A DNA stretch of 64,000 bases from Vicugna vicugna (taxonomy: Eukaryota): positions 806,001-870,000 of the forward strand of contig MU057801.1 of assembly GCA_013265495.1 (NCBI GenBank), read 5' to 3'. The notes under the pieces are model-generated. The model did not search any database. It saw only the letters and a program-made list of their open reading frames with translations, and was not told the DNA's origin. Numbering within the stretch: position 1 is the first letter of the stretch; every line of letters starts with the position of its first letter. Made by a program: the position numbers and the translations under genes. Shown here piece by piece: positions 39,375-51,456 of this stretch.

Positions 39375-40050
39375 ATTCCTACTAGAGTGGCACTAATGAA
39401 AAAAAAAAAAAAGCCATGTTGGGAAGGACAAGGACCAGCAGGCACGGCCCCCACGCTGGCAGTGGAAGCGAACGTCACTACAGCCAGTTCGGAGAACTAT
39501 TAGGTAGAATCAACTAAAACTGACCATCCGAGCCAACAATTCAACCTCTAGCTACACACTGAGCATGCATTCATCTAAAGAAATACACTAAACTATTCAC
39601 AGCAGCACTATTCATATTAGCCCCAGATTTGGAACAATCCAAGTGCCCAGCGGAAGCAGATGGATGGGTGGACTGCGGCCCGCTCGTGGAAAGCAGCATC
39701 ACGCAGCAGTGCGCGGAAGCGCCTACAACCGTCAGTAAAAATACAGATGCATTTTGCAAACACAATTTTGAGCAGAATAGCCAGACACAACAGAGTCCAT
39801 CTTGTATGAGTCCATCTCCATGAGAGTCAGGTGATTTAATGCTGTCAGAAGTCTGGGTATGGTCATCTTTGGGTGGTGGTGCAGGGGAGGGGAGACTGCC
39901 TGGGAGGTGGCATGAGGGGGCTTCTGGGTGGCTGGTAACATTCTGTTTCTTGATTTGATGCTCACCTAGGCCTATGGCATTCGTGGAGCTACTCCCGTGT
40001 AATTGGTGCACTTTTCTCTGTGTGTACAATACGAGGTTTCTCAATACAAG
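39375..40050 (+). mobile_element. Old L1M 3' region
   Basis: ttcacagcagcactattcatattagccccagatttggaacaatccaagtgccca; ggggcttctgggtggctggtaacattctgtttcttgat. Confidence 0.75.
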
Positions 40051-40559
40051 GTTTATTAACAAGGAGTATCTAGAACGTGAAAAAGAACACATACGCATAG
40101 TATATCTGAACCACTGTGCTGTGCACCAGAAGCTAACACGTTGTAAGTCAGCTCTCCTTCCATCACAGAAAGGAGCATCGGCTGGAAATCTCTGTCTCTG
40201 CTTCTTTACTTCTCTAAAACCTTTAGATCTTTGACCTCTACAGTTTCTGAATTAGCAGCAGCGATATGTGGTGGCCTCCCCCCTTGACCACCTCAGCATT
40301 TCCCATAAAACCACCGAGAGTGAAGCGAGGCCTTGGGCGTGGTCCGGGCACGTCCCTTCTGGACGCCGGCAGGGTTCGTCCAGGTTGTGCCGAATCAACA
40401 TGGCCTTGTAAACACTCACGCTGGGGGGTGGGGGTGGGATCAAAGCCTGCCCACCAGAGTGGAAACAGCCAAATCTGTTTTGGGATTTTGAGGAAACTTG
40501 GTTCCTGGACAAGGTGGGGAGGAACGAAAGTGGGACCCAGACCAGAGCGTCTTCCTCGT

Positions 40560-40790
40560 GCTGCCTGAACCGGGGGTGTCCAGGACTCCGCGACGCTGTG
40601 AAAATCGCTGTCGGCCGTGGAGACCCGCGTGTGCGCGCTTGCGCCCCGGCCCTGCCCGCGGGCTCTCTCCCGGCACCGGCGGCCGTCCGCGCCGGGCCGC
40701 CGTGTGCCAGGCCGGGAGGCGCAGCGCTCCCCGGGCTGCCGCTGCAGCGAGGCCCGAGCCTTCGGGGCTGTGCTACGCCCCGAGGCCCCC
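40560..40790. promoter_or_regulatory. Short CpG-dense patch (CpG-island-like)
   Basis: Visibly very GC- and CpG-rich; NRF1-like gcgcttgcgc at 40635-40644. Confidence 0.45.
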
Positions 40791-40992
40791 AGCCTAAAAA
40801 GGCTTTTCCAAACCTCGACTTCTTTTCTGGAAGTTATTTTCTTAGGTTTAATTTAACACAATAAACAGCCTCCAGGCTGTAAAGGATGGGCGTTCACAGG
40901 TTTTTGGAAGATGATTATGGCCATGAAATCGTGGTGACAGTCAAAACAGAAAGCTTGTCTTCCTCTGCAAAGTGCCCTCAAGCCTCGCTGCG

Positions 40993-41161
40993 TTCTTACT
41001 GGGACGTCAGTCCCACTGGTCAGGGCTCACACGGACGCTCTCATTTTAACCTAATCACCTTTGGAAAGGCCCCATCTCTCAATCAGGTCCCATTGTGAGG
41101 TGCTCGGGGCTAGGACTTCAGCACACACATTTTGGGGAGGGACACAGTTCAGTCCCTAACA
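40993..41161 (-). mobile_element. MLT1 LTR fragment
   Basis: ctcattttaacctaatcacctttggaaaggccccatctc...gggacacagttcagtccctaaca. Confidence 0.8.
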
Positions 41162-41489
41162 CCCCATAAAGGCGGGGGGTGGGTGAACAATTCCTGTGGG
41201 CTGGGGGGTCAAGTTGATGGCACTGAGCCCTTGGGGTCAGGAACCCCTCTTGGTTCCTGAAATGAACCTGAATTTCCATCCCAGGGAGCCCCTCCCTCTG
41301 CACAACCACCTCTTAAGTCCCAGAACAGTCCCGTTGGCTTTGCGCCCCACTGCCCTCGGAGGGCACCCCCGCTGCTGAGGATAGCCCAGCCCCGAAGCTC
41401 TTCCTCCAAGCGTAGAGTACAGAGCATGCTGAATGATACATCTGCTCTCTGCTGACAAGTAGGCAGAAGGGCTCAGAAATGAACTCTTG

Positions 41490-41931
41490 CTGCGCAGAAG
41501 AAATTTGTTCTTTATCTATTTTTATATATGGTGGCTGACATTTGCAAATCTCAAATCTCCCAAATGTATCCCTTCCTACCCCCTTTCCCTCAGGAACCAT
41601 AAGATTGTTTACTATGTCTGCGAGTCTGTTTCTATTTTGTAGATGAGTTCATTAGTGTCTTTTTTCTTTTTCTTTTCTTTTCTTTTTTTTTAGATTCTAC
41701 ATATGAGTGATATTATGGCATTTTTTTTTCTCTTTCTGGCTTACTTCACTTAGAATGACAAACTATATTCAATATTTTGTAATAGCCTTTAACGAAAAAG
41801 AATATGAAAACAAATATACGCATGTACATGCATGGCTGGGACACGAGGCTGTGCACCAGACACTGACACACTGCAACCGAACCGACTCTACTGCAATCAT
41901 AGAAAAATTACTAGATAAACAAAACAAAAAA
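41490..41931 (+). mobile_element. 5'-inverted L1 stub (41490-41760 antisense, 41761-41931 sense)
   Basis: Perfect 15-bp TSD agaaatgaactcttg at 41475-41489 and 41932-41946. Confidence 0.93.
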
Positions 41932-42064
41932 AGAAATGAACTCTTGGCCTAGACGGGGAGGAGAGAAGGAGGCAGACTCTGCCTTCCCCAAAACCTTTCT
42001 TCTGGCTGTTCTGGCACTTAAGGCAGCAGTAACATCAGGTGAGTCCAGGGCTGGCGAAGAGATG

Positions 42065-42234
42065 TTTGTTTGTTTGTTTGTTTGTTTGTTTGTATAAATT
42101 TACTTTTTAATCTTTCTGGTGGGGGACGTAATTAGGTCTGTTTATTTCTTTATTTAGAGGAGGTTCTGGGGATGGAGCCCAGGACCTTGTGCGTGCTAAG
42201 CAGGTGGTCTGCCACTGAGCTGTACCCTCCCCCC
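42065..42234 (-). mobile_element. tRNA-derived SINE (Vic-1-type) with (TTTG)n tail
   Basis: Antisense head cactgagctgtaccctcccc and gggatggagcccaggacc; degenerate TSD gcgaagagatgtttg / gcaaagagatacttg. Confidence 0.9.
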
Positions 42235-42740
42235 TGCAAAGAGATACTTGCTATGTCCTTCCTTTTAATTTTGTGCTTATAAACCTCTCTTAGGCATGCA
42301 AGCCGCAAATACCCAGCATGGCGTTTGCTACAAAGTCCTCCGGAGGACAGGCCGCCTGGCAGGCCGCCAGCTCCGCCCCTGCGGGGCCCTGGGCTTCAAT
42401 GCAGCTGAGGTGGGAACTTGCTTGGCTCCACACTTTTCTAAATATAACCTTCTGCCAAGTGTTCTCAGCAAGGTAGCTGGGTTGCCAGAGAAATGAGATA
42501 AGGCCAAGGTCTTAAAGGAAAAGGATTCATCGGCTGTAGAAGGAGCAATGAAAGGGGGAAATGTTCCTGCCCACCTTCCTGGGGGTTAGAGCTCACGTGT
42601 CAGGAAGCATTTTTATTTATACCACGTAAACAAAAGAAAATACAGAATAAAGATCAGGGAAAGTGCTGTTAGCAAAGAGCGAGGTTTTCTGAGAGGAGAG
42701 GATGAAGGTCAAGGGCTTGTGTCTGCCCCACGCGCTCACG

Positions 42741-43795
42741 CAGAGGCTGCACGCTGGCGGCCGGGCCGGCGCCCACCCCCAGGCATGTTTCGTTAGTGTG
42801 TACTGTGCCATAGTAAAAATACACGTAGTGGAATAAGTTACCAAACTTTTAAAATTGGGAGATTTCGTGCAAATATCTGCATTTCTGGCTTTCCTGCAGC
42901 AATTGGAAGACTTGGCAACGTGGGGTCCCAAAGGGTAATAACCCGTGTGGGCTGAGCGGGGGACACACCCTGGAGACTGATGGAGATCCTGTCCCTGACC
43001 AAACCCTGAGCAGGCCCTCCGAGCCTCCTCCTCCTAGGCCTGAACCTTGGCTAACAGTGCCCTACCGCTCAAGGCCGCATCCTAGGGCGGCCCTGGCCCC
43101 TCTTCAGCTGCCTCCTGAGAAAGCCTACGGCTGCCGGAGAACGTCCTGCTTGTCAGCTGACACCTGAGGACAGTCCCGCGTCCCGGTCCCTGTTGGGGGC
43201 AGGAGCCCACCTTCCACAAGGGCCAGTCAGCAAACCCCGATGAGAGCCTCATGGACCAACACTCTTTTCTGCTTTTCTAGTCTCTCACATCCCTGGCTCT
43301 GCTGGGGCCCTGCTCACCCACCTCCCCAAGTCCCTCATTCTCCCTTTAAAACTCCTGGTCACCTCTGTCAAATCAAAGTTGAATTCCCTTCACACTGGAC
43401 TTTTTCCCCTATTGCAATATTTACTACTGATTCAAATCTGTCCTTACCACTTTAACCAGTGCCTGGCTTTGTTTATCTTTGATAAGATGTCCCCAGTCCC
43501 CACCCTCCTTCACCTCCTTCCTTTGTGTCTAAGCTGAATACAAGTTGTCAATTATCAACTTACTTGCAGTGTTATTTCACGTACAGGGAAGAAGGAAATA
43601 GAAGAATTTTTATGCCCACGTCTCTCCCAAAGGGGGAAAATGATCGCTACAGAAAGCTGTGTGTTTTAAGAAAAATGGGAGGATACAGGATTCTTTCAGA
43701 AGCAAAGGCCATGCCTATGAGATAGGTTGCTCTGACCACTTCACTCCTAGACATTACCTGCCTGCTTCCTGAAGACACCTGTGTTTGGATCCCAG
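42741..43795 (+). mobile_element. hAT-Charlie fossil (Charlie4a-like) split by an LTR
   Basis: ttaaaattgggagatttc...gaagacttggcaac on the left; gtgttttaagaaaaatgggag...cattacctgcctg on the right. Confidence 0.7.
42978..43484 (+). mobile_element. ERV1 solo LTR (MER31-like)
   Basis: tgatggagatcctgtccctgaccaaacc start; tgtccttaccactttaaccagtg...tctttgata end; TSD agac / agat. Confidence 0.8.
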
Positions 43796-44867
43796 AATCC
43801 TGAGTCCAGATACTGCACTGACCACATCAAGCCTCTGTTGAAGGCCTTTGTGGTTAAGCCATCTGGACCTCGGCAATGAGACTATAGAGTTAAAAGCCAC
43901 CTGTGGTTTCTCCCCTCACCCTCAGTCTCCACCTGAGATGATGCTGGGCTTCCAGACTGGGCTCCACGTGGGACCATCCTCAGCCTTCACAGGCTGATTT
44001 CTCATCTCCACAAAGCTGAATTCACACATCTGTCAGGAAGAAGCATTCTCAAGAAGCCAGGTGGTAGGCGAGGGGGCCGTCTTGCAGGAAAGGATGGTTC
44101 GTTGTCCCAGGTTGCTGCACCCGTGGGGCTGGGGGCTAGCTCAGGACTGATGTCCTGGGACCTCATATCAGAGACCCTGAAGTGGCTGAAGCGTCTCGAC
44201 TGCCAGCATCAGCTTCGAGGCAGCGTTGTCTTTTGGCTTCCTGAATCCCCGAGCTGTGTGCTTGCCTGATTATTCTTATTAGAGCTTCAGTCCCAGAGAA
44301 TATTTATTTATTCAGTCTAAGACCCTGATAACTGCCTGAGCAGCTAAAAGGACTTGGCTCTATCAGTGGCCAAGACTTTCCCGATAAAAGACAGAAAGCC
44401 ATTAATGTTTTTTGAATGTGAAAAGTTCCAGGCATTTAAACTTAAAATAATTTGCAAAGGAGTGATTTTTATGCTCAAGGGGGCTGATTTTTCCCCTGTT
44501 TTCATGAATGTGCCTGAGAGTGTGTGACTCTCCGTCAGTGAGAGGGACTGCAGCACAGGCACTAGGATCCTTGACGAGATCTGGATCGACAGGGTGGTTG
44601 GTGGCTCTACTACCCAGGGGCCCCCGGAGAGGCGGGAGATGAACCAGGGTCTCAGTTCCGTTAGGGCCCAGAAGGAATCCCAGCCCACACACTGCTTCTG
44701 TGCAAATGGACTCACTGGGAACCAGACCAGTGGTGCAAGTGCATTAACGACAAACAGAAAGCTGACGCCCAGCGGTGCGGGTGTGTACTAAACCGTGAGT
44801 GTGCGGGGTCCTCGAGTCCATCAGAATCAGATGGTCTCGTCCCACCAATCTTTCTAGGGATGGTGAG

Positions 44868-45340
44868 TTTATTTCTCTAACTTTCTGTTGTGGAGAATTT
44901 AAAACATACAGAAAAGTCCACAGGACCGTATAAAAGACCCAGGTGTAGGTCACTGGCCCCAGCGCCCATCAGCCCACGGTCAGTTCTGCCATCCGCACCC
45001 TCCCATATTATTTTGCTGCAAACTTTAAACATGATATGGTGCATTCATAAATATTTAAGTATGTAGCTCTCAAAACAAGCACTATTTTGAACATAACCAC
45101 GGTAACAGCATTTTCAGACCAAAAAATAAATGAATAATTTCTCAGTGACCATTTCAATTTCCAGTTATCACATAAATGACATCATGTTTTTCAGGTTGCC
45201 AGAATCAGGATCCAAATGCGATTCACACCATGGTTAGTGGCTGTTCTGTGTCCCTGACGTCTCTTTTAATCCACAGGTTTTCTCTCCATCTCTTTTTTTT
45301 CTTGCACTGTATCTACTGAGGAAGCTGGGGTTTGTTTTTC
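44868..45340 (-). mobile_element. Old L1MC-like 3' end
   Basis: tggagaatttaaaacatacagaaaagt; attattttgctgcaaac; gaatcaggatccaaat. Confidence 0.65.
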
Positions 45341-45859
45341 TATTGCATTTTGAAACAGAAGCAGAACACACAGGAGAACGAATAAGTCTTGCCCCACATC
45401 TCCCAGACACCATGTGCCGCGCCCATCCTCTGCCGTGGCCCCTGCCACGTTGCGTTGGAGTTACTGGCCAGGCTATTCCTCCCACCAGCTGGCCCGGGGG
45501 CCAGCGGCAGTCTCTTGCCCGTTTCTGGATCCCCAGTGTGCTCTCCTTCCCGCACCAATGGAAGGCCACGACCCGCGTGGAAACTGAGTTTGCGTGAGGT
45601 CTGTGAGGACACGGTTCTCACCCAGCAAGGCGGGCGTGGGGGGACCACAGAGTGGCAGAGTCCAGGTGACAGAAAGAGGACATGTGGGGGGGGATTAGAA
45701 AGCGTCCCTGGGCGGTGGGCGGCTCCCGGGGGGGAGGGCTTCAGCTCCACCCCTCCCTGCACCCGGGCCCTCTGCCCTGTGGCTCTTCAGTTCTTTCCCC
45801 AAGTTCTTTCCTTGACTTTGGCCCGGGCTGTCAGAGACGGGATGCACATGGAGGAGGGA

Positions 45860-46165
45860 GAGAGAGCTTTTCCGTTTGCTCTGACCACCTTGCTCCTGTG
45901 CCTCCACCGTGAAAAGATGCCGGAGCTGGTGGGCTGGACCACGAGGGGCATGAGGCTGAGTCCAGCGGCCCTAGCCCTTCCAGCCAACTCCATCTCCATC
46001 CTGCTCAGCCAGTGCCAGCCAGACATGTGAGTGGGTCGCCCTAAAGCCAGAACTGCCCAGCCTCGCCACGCCTGAATCACTGACCCAGCGACATGTGAGC
46101 TAAACACACGAAGCTTCTTGTTTTAAGGCACCAAGTTTGGTGACAGCTGTTCTGCCACAGTCTCG
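45860..46165 (+). mobile_element. MaLR LTR fragment (MLT1I/J-like)
   Basis: ccagacatgtgag...cttgttttaaggcaccaagtttgg. Confidence 0.6.
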
Positions 46166-46749
46166 GGGCCCAAGATGACCAATCCAGCCCCTCCTCCCTC
46201 GCTCACAAACAGGTACATTTTCCACAGTGAGAGTCACTGGTTTCAACCCACAGAAGAAAGGCTAAAAGGGACAGAGGTAAGCTATGATGGCATCAGGGCA
46301 ATTAAAGAGCAGTGGCCTGGGCTACGGTTCTCGAGAAAAAATTGCTCTTAGAGGCCAGTTTTTATACAAACGGGGCGTCCTAAAGCATCTCAATGACTGA
46401 ATCCTGAGGCTGACAAGGGGTAAGGCTGGAGGGGTGTGGACTGTTCCTAATGACCCTTTTTGTGGAGGCTGTTCATCCCGTAGCCATAAAGAATTCACTA
46501 GATAATCTCGTATTAGGACTTTTTTGTTTGCCTTCCTCCAAATTCTAGAAGTAACTAGGAGAGGGCTGAGTGATAAGATTTTTGCCTTCTCATGAAAATC
46601 TTTTCCCTTATAAGGATCGTGGGAAATACCTTCTCCCTTCTTGACCTCGGCAACGACAGTCCCGGCCGATAATTGCCGAGAGCTTTCTTCCGCCGCGCCC
46701 TGCGCTGGGCACCGTGTGCGCGCGCCACACAGACTGCTGGGGGGGGCTC

Positions 46750-46870
46750 GCCACTCCAGTTTACAAATGAGGAAGTAGTCCCAGAAAGGTTAAGTGATGT
46801 GTCTGTCCTATGTCTGTGTAGATTGGAAATGGGAGACTTGAACCTGATGCGTGTGATTCCAAAGTCAGCA
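46750..46870 (-). mobile_element. MIR fragment
   Basis: ccagtttacaaatgaggaagtagtcccagaaaggttaagtga. Confidence 0.65.
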
Positions 46871-47063
46871 CTCATATTCTGTATGTTATGTTACATTCTG
46901 TTACATTCTATCACATCATGTTACATTATATTATATGAGCTTACTGGATGTAACTCCCTGAGAGAAGGCACCATGTCTTCACTGCCTTTAGTGCCCACGC
47001 CACGTCTACCTCCCGAACACCTGGGTGAAATACACCATGTGTATTACATGCCCAATAAATAAT

Positions 47064-47233
47064 TTTTTAATTAAAGTATAGTTGATGTGCAATGTTGTGC
47101 TAGTTTCTGGTGTATAACATAGTGATTCAATTACACATACACATATTCTTTTTCACATTCTTTTTCATTATAGGTTATTACAGGTTATTGAATATAGTTC
47201 CCCATGCTATATAGTGGGACCCTATTGTTTATT
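47064..47233 (-). mobile_element. L1 3' stub inserted in an L2 3' terminus (~46940-47256)
   Basis: ttaattaaagtatagttgatgtgcaatgttgtg...; TSD caataaataat (47053-47063) / cagtaaataat (47234-47244). Confidence 0.9.
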
Positions 47234-47519
47234 CAGTAAATAATGATTGAATTGAAAATGAAAAGGCCGTAACTGCTACTCCACCCCACCCTTGGAAACC
47301 CGATCTTTCTCGTTTCAGCTGCATCTTGGGCACCTGCGTCCACCTCTGATGTCTTGCAGCCGCAGGGCACGCTGAATTCCAGCTCAGCACCTGCTCACTT
47401 TCCTGCCCCAGGGCTGGCTCCAAATCCAGGGGAGCCCACAGGCTGCAGCAAGAGCTGGCAGGGCAGGGAGCAAGGTGGGGGTTCCTGCCTCTAGGGTTGC
47501 CTCTTCATCAAAGGCTGTC

Positions 47520-47755
47520 GGGGCTGGCGGGTGACATCCCAACCTCTCGCCTGTCCTTCAGAGGAACAACTCTGAAGCATGTCCTAACAGAGGGTCCAAA
47601 GCGGGGCTGAGTCCGGTGGTCCACAGTGATGCCCAGCCCGGAGGCACGTCCTTTACTGACTCTTCGCCTTCCAGATCACCATCCCCCACTCCAGCTTCCC
47701 AGGACCACCCTCCAAATAAACTTCGGGCACCCGAGTCCCTGCTGCAGGCTCGGGG
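47520..47755 (+). mobile_element. ERVL LTR fragment (LTR16-like)
   Basis: gcttcccaggaccaccctccaaataaacttcgggcacccgagtccctg. Confidence 0.5.
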
Positions 47756-47851
47756 CCCCCAGTCCTCTCCCCTCAGGGAGTGGTACCACTGCCTGGCGCC
47801 TCCTCACGTCCTCTGAGCAAGCTCAAAGCCTCATCACAGACAGTGCCCTGA

Positions 47852-48170
47852 TTTGTTTTTCAGTTTTATTGAGGCATAATTGACAAATAGAATTGCAAGA
47901 CTTTTAAAGTGCACACTGTGTTGATTTGATACACGTACATGCTGAGAAAGGCTTCCTACCACCTAGGTAAGTAACACATCCATCATCTCATCTATTTGTC
48001 TTTTTCTATTAGAACTTTTACATTCTGCTCTCTCAGCAAATTTCAGTCACTCAGTAAATACAATGTTGTCAGCTCTAGTCACCGTATTTTACATTATATC
48101 CTCAGATCTTATTTGTCTCTCAGCTGAAAGTTTGTACCCTTTTACTAACCTCCCCTCCCCTCCCCTCCCC
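47852..48170 (-). mobile_element. L1MA-like 3' end
   Basis: ttttattgaggcataattgacaaat...aactgaaag-like cagctgaaagtttgtaccctttt. Confidence 0.8.
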
Positions 48171-48419
48171 CGACACTCACACTCTGACTTTTTAATGAAA
48201 AAGTCAGACTTTTTAAAGAAAAATGTCACGGTTGACCTTTAAGTGAACAGTTTTACAGACTTTAAAAATAATTGGTTCTATTTTCAGTTTTCCTTCTCTG
48301 CCTCCATTATTACAAATTTGGGTTTCTGCCTGTCCTTGGCGCTGCCCGAGCTCCACCCCTGTGCCCTTGGGCTCTTGGCATTTTCCAGCACACTTCCTCC
48401 CGGATGCTCCCGCGCCCAC

Positions 48420-48754
48420 TGTGGGTACCTGAGTCTCTTTGGGGGATTGTCCCTGAACTCCTGGAACTCACTTTGCCTGCAGCACGGAGTCTGGGGGTTT
48501 GCCGCCCCGAGCTGTGACTCACGGCGGGTGGTGCCTGGCCGCCCTGATTGACCGCCTCCCAGCGAGCCCCTCACCAGGCTGAGCCACAGCTGCCCTCAGT
48601 GGGAGTTGCCCGAGGTCTCACCTGGCTTAGCCTCCCTGGCTTAGCCTCCCTGCCTTCTCTGGGCCACTGTCTCTCTCCCAGGTTTTTCCTGGAAAGGTTT
48701 CCTGAGAAATCCCTCCCACACAAATTCCTGCTTCCAGGGATCCAGCCTGAGACA
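48420..48754 (+). mobile_element. ERVL LTR fragment (LTR16-like)
   Basis: Ends ctgcttccagggatccagcctgagaca. Confidence 0.45.
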
Positions 48755-49279
48755 CAACTCAGTTCCCCCTTGAGGAAAGGAGGTGGTGGCTGCCCAGGAT
48801 GTGGTGGGTGACGATGCGTCTTAGGTGGGGTGGCTTCTGGCCAAAGACAGGCCAAGGTGGAGGTACAGGGCCCACCCCTCTTCCAGGGAGGGGCCCTCCT
48901 ATGGGCAGTCCTGGCTCGAGAGCTCCTGGCTGGCTGGTGGGTGATGCTCTTTGCCAGGTTGCAGACGGGTCCCTCTCGGGACTCAGTCTCCCCCTCTGTT
49001 GAATGAGGGATGACGGTGATAACGAGGCAGCAGTAGCTGTAGCCCCCAGGGGTGTTGGAAAGAGTGAGTTGCTGGAAAGAACATGGCTAGCACCTGGAGC
49101 AGCGCCCGGGACAGATTAAGCACTTCATAAATCTGATGTGAGCGTATCACTACATCCCTTGGGCCTCCCCTAGGAAGGGAGAGAGATGGCTGTGCTTGGG
49201 CAGGGCAGGGAGAAGGAGCTCTCTGAGGGAGACACAGCAAGAGGCCACGGAGGGCAGCTGGACTGGGCAGTGCCTAGGA

Positions 49280-49472
49280 GCACTTCTGACACCTTAGGCC
49301 AGACCCTTCTCTATCGTGGGCCGTCCTGTGACTGCAGGATTTTCAGCACCCCTGGCCTCGGCCCATCAGAGGCCAGTAGCACCTTGTATCCTTTGCTGTG
49401 ACAGCCTAACATGTCCCAGACACTGCCAAATGTCTGCTGAAGAACAAAATTCCCACCAGGTGAGAACCCCTG
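49280..49472 (-). mobile_element. MER20-like hAT MITE
   Basis: gccagtagcacc...ccagacactgccaaatgtc...tgagaacccctg matches recalled antisense MER20. Confidence 0.85.
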
Positions 49473-50059
49473 GTCCAGCGGGAACAGAGGAAGCCGCTCC
49501 AGCAGCTCAAAGGCAACCCCAGGGCAGTGATGTGAACGTGACTCTTCCTGGAGAGGAAGTGAGCCTGGCGGAGACAGCCGCTTCCCTTCTGCTTCTCTGG
49601 TAGTCTGTGGTAACACGTTTATTTGGATACACGTGTGTGTGATGGAAAAAAAAAGATCTAAAAAGAGATGGAATACACACCACCTCCACAAAAGGGTGAC
49701 ATCGTAAGCAGAAATGCCTTCGGGGCCTGTGATCGAGGTTCCTGTAGGTGGATAAAAACAGCTGTCCCCTGTGGGAGCCATGGGGGCGGGTGAGCCCGGG
49801 CAGCTTTCCCTGTGCCCCTTGTCCCACCCCAAATGTGTGCTTTCCGTCCCAGTCTGGCCTGTGTTCTTTACTTTCTCCCAGAACCATTCCCGTCAGGGCC
49901 TCTGGGGAATCAACCCTGCAGGGATTCCAGATTGCTAGGAATTGCCAAAGAGGCCTGGGAACCAACCCCGCTTCCCCACTTTTTGAATCCAGGTGGCTGA
50001 TTAACTTCCTCTTTTTCGAATACTCAGCAGCGCTTTCTTGAGGAGATCTCAGCTCTGCT

Positions 50060-50182
50060 TCCCTGGGGATCCCATTAAACTACAGATTCTGATTTGGTAA
50101 AACTGGGAAGGGCCCCGAGATTCTATTTCCAGCAGGCTTCTACCCAGCGATGCTGGTCCACTGGTCCACGGACCACAATGAG
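50060..50182. mobile_element. MER5-like hAT MITE fragment
   Basis: cagattctgatttggtaaaactgggaagggccccgagattct...tggtccacggaccac. Confidence 0.7.
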
Positions 50183-51432
50183 ACTCAAGGGGCCGGCGGA
50201 CAGTTCTGCACAAGGCTGTCTTTTTCAGCACCTAAAACCAAGGGTTTTCAGCCACAGTTCTGGAAGCAGCAAAGAGTCATTTTTATGGAAAAGCAACCAG
50301 CCAGGGTGGGTTTGTGTCCACACGGACAGGCGTCTCCTCCGGGATAACCGGAGGCAGGATGCACTGAGTGTCATCGAGCCGGTGGCTTTTCTTTCTCATG
50401 TCCTGCTGCATCTCTGCTCTGTGTGCAGAGCACAAGCTCCTTTCAAGAGAGGCGGCAGGGGGAGGGTGGGAGGCGGGGTGGGGGGTGCTGGAGGCTGAGC
50501 CCGAGTGGTCCCGGCACGTGGGCGCGGTTTGCGCGGTGGCCACTCCGTGTGTGGCGCATGGGCCCTTGGAAATCCCCCTTGAATGGCCAGGAGGAGCTTG
50601 GGAGGCGAGTGGCAGCAGACGACTGTCACCTGCACTGGTTTCCCAAAGGATTTGGCAAGTGCTCACAAAAGTAGAAAGGATAACCTGAGCCCTGGGGGTC
50701 CTTTATGAACGGGGAGATTACGGGGGCCTCCCCGCAGCCCAAGGGTGCGGAACAACAGGGCCATTGTGGGGCAGGGCATTCATATTGAAGACAAAATATG
50801 AGCTGGGTGGTCCGGATAATGGAAGCATTTATGACTCCGGCTAAGCATACGTATGTCGAACGGATCCACAGATTACCCCTTGCGGAGTCTGGGCCCGTGC
50901 GGGTCCGCGGGGCGAGGCTGGCCGGGTGCAGATCTGGGATAAAGGCACCAATGATCAAAGCGACTCAGGGGGACTACAGAGCTGTTTCTCTGTGACCTGG
51001 GGGTACAATGGAGTGAGGAGCAGCATTTCACTGAAGACCAGGGCTGGTTTCCAATGGCGTTCTTAAAAATGCTGAACTTCAGAAAAAAATGCTCTCAATC
51101 CACCCTTGGAGGGGAAACGCAGCGCCGGGGAAACCCGGGCTGGGAAGCCGGGTGACCCGGTGGCCTGAGCGCAGGTCTGCAGCTGGGATCTGGGAGGACA
51201 AACCACTGGCGTGGCTGTGACTTGATCAACGACCTTGGATCAGTCACACGGCTTTCATGTCCTTGTCTGCGGGGGACTGAGGTCGGCCGTGGGCTCCGAA
51301 CTCTCTAGGCCCCGTGCAGAATGTGGCTCGAAGACCACGTTCCTTTTCACTCTGCCCATGAATTTTCCAGAACAGAAGCACCAAACGTTCCGGGTGCCAC
51401 ACACCCTCACCTGCCTTAGGGTTTCTCCTATT

Positions 51433-51456
51433 TGTGTGTGTGTGTGTGTGTGTGTG
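51433..51456. repeat. (TG)12 microsatellite
   Basis: Read directly. Confidence 0.95.

Noticed and set aside
50456..50486. G-quadruplex-like G tracts (also ~16215 and ~59090)
   Set aside because: Common in GC-rich mammalian DNA, with no functional context here.
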